A stretch of DNA of 64,000 nt from Schmidtea nova (taxonomy: Eukaryota), in assembly GCA_044892505.1 (NCBI GenBank), contig CM097882.1, positions 260,338,001 through 260,402,000 on the forward strand, given 5' to 3'. Below, one piece after another: positions 11,300 through 23,900 of the stretch. The position numbers were made by a program, and so were the translations under genes. Within the stretch, counting starts at the first letter, position 1. Every line of letters starts with the position of its first letter. The notes under the pieces were generated by a model. That model had not been told where the DNA came from, did no database searches, and saw only the letters and a list, made by a program, of their open reading frames with translations.

Positions 11300-12046
11300 A
11301 ATTTAAATATCTCTGTCCCTATAAATGAATTCAAGCAAGAATGAAAATATTTGTGAAAACGAATCAGAGGATTAGGAAGCGTATATGATGAGATCAAACG
11401 CAAAAAATACAAGTTTAATTGTATTCCATCATTCGTGATTCGTCCTTGTCGGATAGAAAGTCGCTGTCAAAAGACGGTTGGAGATATTTTGAAATAATAC
11501 AAAGCGAATCATCTGTGTGGCAGATAAGGAAATGGATCGCAAAAATTGCAAAGATGGTTTGGTTCCGGAGACGGGACGCAAACCATTTTGAATGGTTTGT
11601 CTATTCCTGCTGTAAGAATACTACAATCACAGACAATATTTTGGGGAAAAAATCACTGGTTATAAAAGAAAATTTAAATGGAGCAAAAGACTTCTCTAAA
11701 GGATGGGCGGCTCACTTCAAATCCAGAAGTAAAACGTTAAGTGCCCATTCTTTTTAGATAAAACCAACCTCCATAAACTTGGTTACTCACTTATATTTTA
11801 TTTATTTTTATATATCCATTTTTTATGTTTCTATATTTGTAAGAAATAAGTTTTTTTGTTGTATTGCTATAAAAAATATTTTAAAAAATTAAGTGACAAA
11901 ATACCTGAACATTTTTTTAATTTTCTACCCGTTTTCCCCTAACCTTGTAAGCGGTTCTGTTCCGATAATATGTCGAAAGTACCGAACCAAATTCAACTGC
12001 TCTACTTTGATGGAACGCATACCCCGCGTTAAGCGGTGTCTTACTG
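11300..12046 (+). mobile_element. pogo/Tigger deletion derivative (CENP-B HTH remnant, right TIR)
   Basis: ITDNILGKKSL...FSKGWAAHFKSR; terminus CCGCGTTAAGCGGTGTCTTACTG|TA. Confidence 0.7.
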
Positions 12047-13106
12047 TACTATTATTTATTTTGATTTTATATAATGCGAATTAATATTTAATTTTTCATA
12101 ATACCAATTAAACTAGCTTCGCTATTTAATTATCAATCAATGATGAGATCACTCGGACTTTTGGTTCCTATTGTTCTGATCATTCATATAATTATTAGAA
12201 TGAAAATGAAAGAGACCCTCATTACTGAATAAACATATACTATTCCAATCATAGCATCCTATGTCATTTACAGATCTCATAGAATCGAATTCTTAGCTAA
12301 ACTTTGAGCCAAGACTCTTGCTTGCGGTATGAATGCGGTGAACACAAAGATTGGCAGAGTTAAGAAACTCTGTCCATGGCAAATATTGTGTTTTCGGCAA
12401 TATATCGAAGATAGTTTAGTGATAATGAGTCCAAATTTATTCCGTACTCCGTTGTTTTGTTAAGTAATATGTATTTTGTCAAGATTGAATTCGTGGAATG
12501 CTTTGATAAATTCATTGCTTTGGATTTATGCGAATATTGTTTATGAACCCATGAGTATTGATGATTTCTGATAACAGGAAACACGGAAAATGATGGGATA
12601 TATTGTCGATGGCGTCACATCTATTAGCCCTACGTTGGTTAAACTCGAGAAGAACATGGAGAATTGTAATCTATATATCATCCTGGTCCGTGAATACATT
12701 GTCAATATGTTATATACTGAATGAATCTATTTTAAACATTTTCTTTTGATATTACATATATATTTGTTGAATAACCGTTTTATAGGAAACATACTACGAT
12801 TGGGATCAAGCAAACTGGTTTTATGATTGCATTGCCATCCAAATAAATACGCTAGAATTAAAAACAGTTGTTTTCTAGACTCACAGTTGAAGAGGCCATC
12901 TCAGTGATAAATAAGAGACTTTTCCATTTCGAAGAGAACAATAAGAAATTGATGACAAAAAACCATGTGTTAGAACGATGATTGGAGAAGTTTGACAAAA
13001 GTTGTAGTTATGAAATGTGCCAATATTATAATAATAATATTGTTTTAATATTAACAATTAAAAAAACAGTTGAGCGTTGTTTTTAAATATAAATATAATT
13101 TGTATT

Positions 13107-14315
13107 ATGAGTGAACAGACTTTTACTGGCGACCACGCAAAAGTGGAAACAATTCAAGCAGTTACAAGACAACAACGGAAACTCATCTTAGAGTCACTTC
13201 CGAAACAAGCACGAGATATCCTGAATTTTAATGTCAGGAAATTCAATGGAAGAAATACAGCAGAAGCAGAACTGTGGATGAAAGATATCGAAGATTGGCT
13301 TATGATGAACGAGTTGAGTCTAGTAAGCATTTTTGATTTATTATTGTCAGAAGAAGCTGGTATATTATGAAAGGATTATAAAATTCCAAATATTACCGAT
13401 AAAGAGGCAAAAGAATGGTTCAGTGACACATTCACAAAGAAAAAGTCGATCACTGATAGAATATGTGATTTAGCAAGAGTTGAACAAGAAAAAAATGAAA
13501 GATTTGCAACTTTTGAAATTAGAGTAAAAAAATTACTTGATGATATCTTCGATTGTGGATTATCCAGAGAAGAAATTGTGAGAAATATTGTTACCAATAG
13601 GGTCCACAATGAACGTTTAAAGGAGAATTTTGTTTCTAATGCCAAAATGTCAAGAGAAGAAATGCGAACATTAGCAAAGGTATTTGAATCAAACGATATC
13701 ACGGAAAGAAACGTGCGTATTGAAGAAATTCAAGCAGTGGATAGAAGGTCATATGCAAATGCGGTTCGAGAACGAAATACTCAGTGGGAGCATAAAAACA
13801 AACCAAAAGCAATAGTTCAAAATAACAGAGTATTTGAACCAAACCATCAGCGCAATATAACATATCAAGATAAACAATTTAATAGTAGTAAACCTATATC
13901 AGAAGATCAGAGAGACAGAAAAACGAATGAATATGAAGAAAGAAGACAATTACCAACCGTATCGATGAAGCATACTGCAAGGAGACTTTATAATAGATGT
14001 TGTGGATTGCCAGAGCCGAAAGAAGAGAAGTTGAAACCAGGCCAGTGTTTCTGTTGCGGGGAGAGCAATCATTTACGATTTCAGTGTCCTTTGAAAGATA
14101 GATGCTTGATTTGTGGCAAAACCGGACACACGTTTAGAGACTGCAATGTGATTAAGAAGAATTTCGAAAGGAAACAACACCAAGTATATTGTATACACGA
14201 TGAAGAACAAGATGATTCAGAAATAATTAATGAACCCCTTTTACATGATGTAGAGTATCAAAAAAACCAACGCGACCCTGTCGTACACATTTCGTCGGTG
14301 GGGTCGAGTCAATAG
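13107..14315 (+). CDS. gag: G1 gag (one premature TGA at 13368; two CCHC zinc knuckles)
   Basis: CFCCGESNHLRFQC and CLICGKTGHTFRDC. The G2 paralog has TGG at the stop position. Confidence 0.85.
14261..14306 (+). promoter_or_regulatory. -1 ribosomal frameshift signal (A AAA AAC plus hairpin)
   Basis: Heptamer is in gag phase; stem CGACCC(14273-78)/GGGTCG(14301-06) is extendable by G-U pairs; the -1 frame is open into pol. Confidence 0.75.
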
Positions 14316-14341
14316 GACAATCAAGAAATCGAAATGGAGTT

Positions 14342-17300
14342 ATGAAGGATGTGATGTATATGAAGGAAGATGGTAGGAATTGGAGTAGAATTATTCTAAA
14401 TGAAGTAGAACTTGATATGTTGTGGGATTCTGGTGCGTCAATTAGCGTAATAAGTGAAGATTATTGGAAACGTATTGGTTGTCCACCATTGATAAGTAGC
14501 AAAATAGTTTTGAGTGGTGTATTTTCGAAAGAAAATGAAATGCCATTAGGAAGTATAAAGGTTAATGCGAAATGGAACAAAAAGTCTAAAAATCTTGATA
14601 TTGTTGTTGTGAAGAAGATATGTCCAGATTTCATAGGCGGTGTTGACACCATGAAGCAGTTCGGTCTAGAATTGAAAGAGGTAAATAATATTGAAGCTTC
14701 GTTAACAAAATTAACATTCACAAATGAAGAGAGAAGAGATAAGGCTCTACAATATATTAAATGCGGGAATAATTCATCACTAGGTAATATTATTTCAGAC
14801 TTTAGTGATATTTTCATGGCATCGCGATTCGATCTTGGACATACACGTTTAATAGAACACGAAATAAAAACAACAGGACCACCGATATTACAGAATCCAC
14901 GCAGACAACCAATGCACTTAGAAACGAAAATTGACGAATTAGTATCAAACTTATTGGAAGCAGGCGTTATTAGAAGATGCCAGAGTCCTTGGAATTCACC
15001 TTTAGTGATTGTTGGAAAGAAGGATGGTTCGATCCGCATGTGTTTGGATTTTCGAAGATTGAATTCAGTAACGGAAAAATTTTCGTTTCCAATGCCCGAT
15101 ATGCAGTTATTACTGGATTGTTTAAGTAAATCAAAGATATTTACAGCAATTGATCTAGGACAAGCGTACTACCAAGTCGAATTGCAGAAGGATTCACAAA
15201 ATAAGACGGCGTTTAGTACTAAGGAAGGACAATTCTGTTTTAATCGTCTACCATTTGGGTTATCGACGGCACCAGCAACTTTTCAAAGATTAATGCATAA
15301 AATACTGGAAGGGCTTATTTTCAAAGGAGTTGTTGTATATCTGGATGATATACTAGTTTACGCAGAAAATCAAAGTGATCACGATAAACTGTTGTTGGAG
15401 GTATTTACACGGATAAGAAACACAGGCTTGAGAATTAACCCGGAAAAGTGCTCGTTCAATAAGGCGGAAATCAACTTTATTGGCCATACCGTCAGTGGTG
15501 AAGGTGTTCAGACAAATAAAACAAAAATAAGCGAAATTGAAAATGCTGCAGTACCAGAATGTGTATCACAACTCAGGGCGTTTTTAGGACTCACAAACTA
15601 TTACCGTCGATTTATAAAAAATTATGCAAAGATTGCAGCACCGTTATACGCAGCAACATCAGGTGGTGAAAAGAAAGTTATATGGTCAGAAGAATGTAAC
15701 ATTAGTTTTAATAACTTAAAGAAGGCGTTATGTGAAGCACCGATTTTAGAATTTCCGAGATCAGATCGAAAGTTTATCATTGATACAGATGCAAGTTTCG
15801 GAGCTGTAGGAGCAGTATTAAGCCAGATTAATGAAGAAGGCAGGGAAGTCGTCATAGCATACGCATCAAGACATCTGACGACTCACGAAATGGGTTATTG
15901 TGTAACAAGAAAAGAATTATTAGCACTCCATGAGTTCATTGTATATTTCAAACAGTATTTATATGGTAAAGAATTCGTCGCAAGAACCGATCACAAAGCT
16001 TTAACGTTCATGAAAAACACAAAGAAACCAATTAGCCCTCAATTTCAAACTTGGATGGCTAATTTATCGGAGTATAATTTCGAGTTACAGTACAGAAAAG
16101 GAGAAGATCATGGAAATGCTGATGGCTTATCTAGAATAAAAAATAACTTGTGCAGTCAATGCCAAACGAAACATAATGACGCAAAAGAAAAAAAATCGAA
16201 GATAAGATATATAAATAGTTTACAAGAAAATCCAAATATTTTAGAAATTATCAGAGTTAAGCAAATGGAAGACGCAAATTTAAGAGAACTTATAAAATAT
16301 TTGAAAGATGAGATTGGTCAGGTTCCAAACTTTGTGGAACAAAGTTATTTTTTCAAACATATAAAAGAACTGCAGATAAACGAAGGTTTGTTATCAATTG
16401 AAATATCTAACAAAATAGTTGTTATAGTTCCAGAGAATTACACGGAAACTTTGGTTAATTTTATGCATAAAGAATTATGTCATTTAGGTAGCAAGAAAAC
16501 GGGAAGTTATATGAAAGATTTTTTTTATTGGCCTAATATGAATCAGGATATCAAAGAGATTATCAATAAATGCCAAATTTGTGCCAAGAGGAAAATAGAA
16601 CAAGGAAGAACAAAGGAGATTTTATTACCAAGAACAGGGGAACGATTCCTTCAGCAGCTCGTTGTTGACGTTGCGTATATGGAAAAGACGAAAGGGAATA
16701 AAAAATATGTGATTGTAATTATAGATAGATTTAGTAAACTTGTGAGTTTAACGGCAACTTCAAAACAAGACGAAAACACAATCGTTAATGTAATTTTGAA
16801 TAACTGGATATACCGATATGGAAAGCCAGAAAGCATACTGACAGATAGAGGTCGGGTTTTTGAAGGAACAATAATTCGAGAATGGATGAACAAGTTTGGG
16901 ATAAAGCAAGAGTTTAGTTCACCTTACCAACATCAATCTAATGGTTTGGCAGAACGTACTATAAGAACAGTTAGAGATATGATGAGTACATCTTTGAAAG
17001 GAGAACGTAAAGAAAATAATTGGGCCGAGATATTACCGAGAATTGAATTTTGTCTCAATGCGACGAAACAAAGTACAACAAATTTCTCATCTTTTGAAAT
17101 AGTCTACGGTAGGAAAATTAATTTGTTTTCTAGTCCAGGATATGTACAGCAAATGAAAGATGAGGTACTACATACGACAAAATCAAATTTAGATAAAGCC
17201 GCTACTTCTATGCAAGAAAGAGACATAAACAAACGAGGAACAAGGCTTTTCAAGGTGGGAGAGAGAGTATTAGTAAGAATTGAGCCAAACAAACGGAAAA

Positions 17301-17429
17301 AAATGGCGAACAGTACGAAGGACCTTTTGAAATTTTAAAATTCTTGTCACCAAGACAAGTAGCACTACAATTCCAAAACTCAGTAAAGACGAGACGAATC
17401 GAATGGTTGAAGAGATGGAAATCAAATTG
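14342..17429 (+). CDS. pol: G1 pol (PR-RT-RNaseH-IN)
   Basis: LWDSGASIS, YLDDIL, DTDAS, HKELCH...CQIC, TDRG, SNGLAER. A 1-nt loss in an A-run near 17295 shifts the GPF tail (QYEGPFEIL...IEWLKRWKSN*). Confidence 0.95.
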
Positions 17430-18661
17430 AAGAGGGGAAAGTTATGAAATGTGCCAATATTATAATAATAATATTGTTTTAATATTAACAATTAAAAAAA
17501 CAGTTGAGCGTTGTTTTTAAATATAAATATAATTTGTATTATGAGTGAACAGACTTTTACTGTTGTCATTCAATAGAGGCAGTGCGGTTTTGTTAGAATA
17601 ATATGACGAAACCATATAACCAAATTCAACTGCTCATGAAACAGAGTGAAAATGACTCAATCAAACGGGTGCATTGCAACTCACAATCCGGGAAATGGAT
17701 AGTGAGATTGACCAGCTGAGGATATAAAATTGGCTTACAGCAGATATATGCCATCTCAACTCCACGCAATTGTCAGAATTATTTCTCAAAGAGAAGAAGT
17801 ACATACTACAACAATGACAAAGAGGTAAAAGCTCGACAAGACAGAGCAAGTGCGCAATAAACACCGACTCCTTGGTCATTTAAAATTAATCTTATATTAC
17901 TAATTTTTGTTTTCTTGCGCATGTCTGACAACTAAGTGAATGATGATATATTGAATGTAATAATAGGTTAAATTTTAATTTGTTTTATTTTATTAGATAT
18001 TTCTAATTTTTATTATTACAATCTTATTTAAAAATAATCTTAAGTAATGAATTAATAGTAAATAGTGTTACAATAATTAAATAATTAGAATCATGAGATA
18101 AGCGAGGTTTTCCGAAAGATTAAAATTAACCATTAAAAGAGATAACGATATTAGTAGTTCGAATAAGAATAAATATACGAGTAAATGAGTGTATATTGTT
18201 AACAGAAATTTATATATTTTTTTATAGAAATGGAAAGAGCTCGGGCAAATAAATGACAAACTAACAAGATTTGAGGCAAATAACGAAAGACTGAAAATTT
18301 TGAATTCTATTGTATTTCTTTTTTTAATGTTTATTTTTGTTTATTTTAATGTTCTCGTGCGTACTCGTTATTAAACTAATAAATATTCTATTAATTTCAT
18401 TATCTTGGTTAATATCGAAATTAAATTTAGAATTTTTAGATTTTACTCATGGGTTTTGAGCCAGAGTATTTGACATGTATTATTTAAATAAATTCTCAAG
18501 GAATGTAAAGTTCCTATAATTAGAAGAAGAAACAATGGAACCAAAAGAATGAATGGACCTGCATTTCTCTTGGCGGCCCTTGAACCCATTGCGATATTTT
18601 GTCAATTATAGTTCTGGAAAGCGCGTTCACTTTGCAAGTATCTACCCTTTTGTTACATTAA

Positions 18662-18836
18662 CAACGTTGGTTTGCAACGTTGGTTTGCAACGTTGGTTTG
18701 CAACGTTGGTTTGCAACGTTGGTTTGCAACGTTGGTTTGCAACGTTGGTTTGCAACGTTGGTTTGCAACGTTGGTTTGCAACGTTGGTTTGCAACGTTGG
18801 TTTGCAACGTTGGTTTGTAACGTTGGTTTGCAACTG
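18662..18836. repeat. 13-bp minisatellite (GCAACGTTGGTTT) x ~13 inside a module C copy
   Basis: Direct read; left flank 18560-18665 aligns with 58390-58510. Confidence 0.9.
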
Positions 18837-20169
18837 GTAAATACGTGTGTTAACAAATGAATTTAAATTTGATTATCACTGACCTCGTTTCTTTTTTTTA
18901 CGTTTCACAATATTTCCTTTGCCAAGATGCGTTTCTTTTCTTAGACCGTAACTGGCGATTCTGCTGTTTTTGTCTCTCTTTTATATAAAATTTTTGAGAA
19001 TTGATTTATTTGTTTTTTTCGTTAAAATGGTAAATTGCCCGTTAAAGGCCATTAAACCGTCAATTTTTAAACTCAAAATACCAGTTTACCTTCTGAGACA
19101 ATTAAAATGCTAACTGCCATTTGCCTTCTGTCTGTAACATTAATTTTCAAGGCAATTAACTTGTCACATCGGGATTTCCTCATCGCTAGGGTTCTCTATC
19201 GGCTCTGGTTTTGCGTTAGCTCAGGCTTTCCATTAGCCAATGAATTCTTAATTAATATTTTAATATTTTAATTATTTCTTTCTGGGGACCCCCATTGATT
19301 TTATTTTTATATATTTGAATTCATCTCATTAATCGGCATACACCCATACCAATTTCCCCCCCCATATGTTGATTTTGAATTTTATTAATTTTTTAATTAA
19401 TGTTTTTGTACTTTAATTAATTTGTAGATTTTTGTGTTTTTATTAATTTCTATTTAATTTTTTAACAGTAGTAAGGTTCTTTGAAACATTGACGATCATC
19501 TTTCAATGTTTCGATACATACATCTGAGTTGCATATCTTATTTGTACTGAGTTGTACTTTATTTGGTCAACTCTCTTAATTCCCAATAAGGCATTTTTCA
19601 TATTTTTGCTAGTCTTTTAAATGTTTTTGAATTTTATCTAATTCATTTTCGGCTTCAATGTCTCTTGCTTGGATTAAAAACTTGTTTTGAACTTTTCCCA
19701 TTTGGTATTCATTGCTTAGTATCGACTTTTTTCACTGTTGGTAATATTTCACCATTTTCTCATACTGGTTTCATGTATCTTTCTTGTTTTCTTCGTATGC
19801 TATTTTCCACAATTGCGCTAGTAGTTATAATGATATTTTCATTTTTTGTTCACGTGTGAAATTTCTCAATGTTTTCTCGTAATTTACCGTAATTTTCAAT
19901 ATTTTCCTTTGTGTTTGTAGTTGATTTTCGAACACCTATTACAGTTCCTCTTTGATTTCCATTGACGCCATGTGTTCTTTGATTTAAATTTCTAACTTTT
20001 CTCGCATCAGTTCTATTTTTTCGTTTTCTGCAATACGATCCATTTGGTTTTTCCTTTTTGGTATCTCAATTCCATTCATTTAAGTAATTTTAAGGGTTCA
20101 TTTCAAAATTTTATATATTATTTTATTTATAATTTTATCAATTCACGAAAACTAGCGTATAAAAAATAA

Positions 20170-20824
20170 AAGAGATTCCACGAGAATTTTTACCACATAA
20201 AACAAGAGAAGTTGAATCATATTTGTTTGGCTTTACAGGTAAAATAACAATGACATCATGTCCCTAAAAAATCCTAAGCTGTGGTTCTCATTTCAAGCAT
20301 GCATCACGATAGCAGGACCGTTCCTGATCAGCATTATAAGCCGGAGATGATCACATTTTATAATAAAACAAAAGTCGGAGTTGACGCCTTGGACCAAAAA
20401 TGTGCCAACTTCTCGGTTGCCAGGGCTACTCGACGATGGCCCATTGTGATATTTTACGCTATGCTTAACATTACAGGTGTAAACAGTAAAATTCTTCATG
20501 ATTCAATATCTGGAAAGACTATAAAACGACCAAACTACTTTCGCGGGCTTGGCATAGAATTATGCCTACCGTACGCTCGAGAAGCGAATTCATTATGAAA
20601 AAATACCTAGGCAATTGCGTATGATGATATCAATGGTGGTCAAAGTGCCGCTGCTTGAAAGATCTGTTCCAGCTGTTACTAATGCTGCATCTAAAAGAAA
20701 GCGTTACAGCATTTGCCCATATAAAAAAGATCGGAAAATCAACAGTGTTTGTTCTTCTTGTAAAAATTCGATTTGCAACACATGCTCAATTATTGTATGT
20801 CCAAAATGTTTAGATAGCAAGTGA
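20170..20824 (+). mobile_element. piggyBac transposase C-terminal fragment with cysteine-rich domain
   Basis: VVLISSMHH, KPEMITFYNKTKVGVDALDQ, TRRWP, C-terminal CSSCKNSICNTC...CPKC. Confidence 0.9.
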
Positions 20825-20901
20825 TTGTATATCATTTAATTGCAAAATATATCTCTTTTAATAAATAGTGTGTTTTATTTCTGTTAGAAGAATGAAGAGT
20901 A

Positions 20902-23900
20902 TCCATATAATAATTACGCTCATCACTGATTCACTGACTGATTCTATAACGCTCGCTGATTGGTTGATTCTAACACTATGATATCTTTTTGATATCTTTA
21001 TGATATCTTTTTATCTTTACTCTCATTATCTCATTATCTATTATCAATACATTTTTCATAAATGTATGGGTAGGTTTAATTTTTTACTTCATTGTTTATT
21101 TTTTTAGATTTTCAGTTTTTTGAAGATGTCATCAGCATCATTTGTTAGATGCACGACGAAGAATTCTCGAATCCATATCATTATCAATTTTTTAAAAATA
21201 TTTTCCAACATGGTTATGAGCATATTTTCTTTATAATTGGGTATATTTGTGATTAGATCTGCATTGTTTTCCAAATCCAGTTAAATTAAATATAATTTTT
21301 ATTCGAAACCTCTTATATTGTGCCTAAAATTTTATGTATTTCTAACATATTCGTTGTTTTTTACAAATTTGTTTGAATGGTATTATTTGAATAGTTTGAA
21401 TGATTGTGTATCAGAATTTAATTTTATCTATTTTATCTGTATCAATCGTTACTAAATAAAATATGTCTTTTACAGTTGTCACAAATATGGATGAAACTCC
21501 TGCTTCCAGGAAGCGTCGTTTGGCAAATGAAAGACAGAAGAGATGGCTTGCAAATCAAAGCCAGGAATCACGTGCAAAAATTCGTTCTTTAGATAACATG
21601 GCTCATCAAGAACGCATTGCTCAAATGACACCTGAAAATCTAGCGGTTTTTCATGCCTCTCATGCTGATTCTCAACAACGATACATAGAAGGAATGTCTT
21701 CCCAACAATTAATTGCTCATCGAGCCGTTCACGCTGAATCTCAACAGCAATATGTCGACAGATTAACGCCTCAACAGTTGCAAGATCTTCGCACTTCCAA
21801 CTTGGCTTCTCAACAACATCGCATTGCACAAATGTCAGCAGAGCAATTGATTGCTCACCGTGTCGCTCATGCTGAATCTCAACGACGATACATAGAAGGA
21901 ATGTCTTCCCAACAATTAATTGCTCATCGAGCCGTTCACGCTGAGTCTCAACAGCAATATGTCGACAGATTAACGCCTCAACAATTGCAAGATCTTCGCA
22001 CTTCCAACTTGGCTTCTCAACAACATCGCATTGCACAAATGTCATCAGAGCAATTGATTGCTCACCGTGCCACTCATGCTGAATCACAGCAACAATATAT
22101 TGAAAGACTTACACCTCAACAATTAGAAGCGCAAAGAGAAGCTAATATTGCTTCACATCAATTGGCTCATGAACGGCAAATTCAGGCGATTCGCAACGAA
22201 GCAATTAATTTTGTAGAAGCTCGCGTTGATGAACATAGTTGTGGACTGCTAAATCATGTCTGTAAATTTTGTGATGCAAAACATTTCAAAGATGAGCGTC
22301 CATCTGATGGAAATTTTACGTCGTGTTGCCGAAAAGGAAAAATAAAACTGCCAAAACCAACGAGCGTAGACGGAGATATATTAGAGTATCCTTCATTTCT
22401 ACAAAGCATGCTATCAGATCCAGACAATCCGCAGTATAGTCATTTCCGAGATCAGATTCGTTCATACAATAATTCGTTGTCATTCGCGTCAATGGGTGCC
22501 AAAATTGTCGATTTACCGGGTCGTGGTCCGTACGTTTTTAAGATCAATGGTCAAACGCATCACAAAACATCACACATACAACCGATAAATAATGAAACTC
22601 CTCAATATGCCCAACTTTACGTCCTCGATTCAACGCAAGCAACAGATATTCGTCAAAATCATCCTGCTAATGATCAGTGCCGTCGAGAATTGATCGTTTT
22701 TTTCGAGAAAATAATAGAATCGCGACAAGTTATATGCTTATGCATGAGATCGAAGCAAGAGAAACCGAAGAAGCAGCTCAATCAGGACTACAAATTCCAG
22801 TCGTCAGCATGGCGTTGCGTCGTGATAGACAATCGGATCAGCGTCGATATAACGCACCAACATCCAATGAAATCGCAATGATTTTTGTAAATGAAGATGG
22901 CGAGCCGCCGTTCGAGCGTGACATTCACATTTATCCAAAAAATCCGCAAGATCCAAATCACTACTTTATCAATCTCCACATTCTTTCACCAAATATGGAT
23001 CCGATGACCTACTCAATTCTTTTTCCTTATGGAGAGCCAGGCTGGCAACCAAATTGGCAATGCGATTCATACGAAGGTGCTCAATTGAATAGAGTTCGCA
23101 CTAACATTAGCATGTTGCAATTCAAATGTGCCTTAACGTCGATTCGCGATAGTCAATTTAATCCTATCATCAACGCTGGAAAATTGACACAACAATGGTT
23201 GGTTGATTCATATCTGCAAGTAGAGGCCAACAATTTGAATTATATTAAACAGAAACAACAACGTCTTCGAGCTGAACAATATTCTGGACTTTCAGATCAT
23301 ATGGCTAATTTAGCACAAGAATCGAATCTAGCACCTGGTGTTTCAGTCATTCTTCCTTCGAGCTTTGAAGGATCACCGCAAAACATGCGTGAGCGATGTT
23401 GCGATTCCATGTCAATTTTTTCAAAATGGGGTGCTTCGGATTTATTCATCACATTTACTCCAAATCCGAAATACAAAGAAATTACCGAAAATTTGCGTCG
23501 TGGTGAACAAGTGAGTGACAGACCTGATTTGGTTGCACGAGCTTTCAAAATCAAACTTGATTCATTGATTGATGATTTGACAAAGAATGGTATTTTCGGA
23601 AAGTCAATTGCTTATGTTTATTCGATTGAATTTCAAAAGCGTGGTCTACCACATGCTCATATTCTGATTACACTTGCGGCAGAGCATAAATTTACAACAG
23701 CTCAAAGGATTGACGAAATTGTCTCTGCCGAAATACCATCACAAGAAAGCAATCCACGTCTGAGAGAAATCGTGTTGCGATGCATGATGCACGGCCCGTG
23801 TGGCCCAAGATTTCCAAACGCGCCATGCATGTCTGATGGAAAATGTTCGAAAAACTTTCCAAAACAATTCAATGACTCTACATCTCCAAATGTTAATGGC

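Larger units (their letters stand above)
13006..17561 (+). mobile_element. Complete Ty3/gypsy LTR retrotransposon G1
   Basis: Identical 122-bp LTRs (13006-13127, 17440-17561; AGT...ACT), TSD GTTGT, PBS TGGCGACCACGC, PPT GAAGAGGGGAA, gag and pol. Confidence 0.97.

Noticed and set aside
14461-17292. Long antisense ORFs over pol, Helitron and G2 (e.g. 14461..15039, 21479..22087, 41738..42223)
   Set aside because: Shadow frames of well-supported sense ORFs, with no motifs.
18662-18836. CRISPR-like appearance of the 13-bp array and of the 34-bp array at 29194-29375
   Set aside because: No unique spacers, no cas genes, eukaryotic context.
18553-18860. Four overlapping repetitive ORFs (LVCNVGLQRWFAT / CKPTLQTNVANQR)
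   Set aside because: Stop-free by-product of the 13-bp minisatellite.
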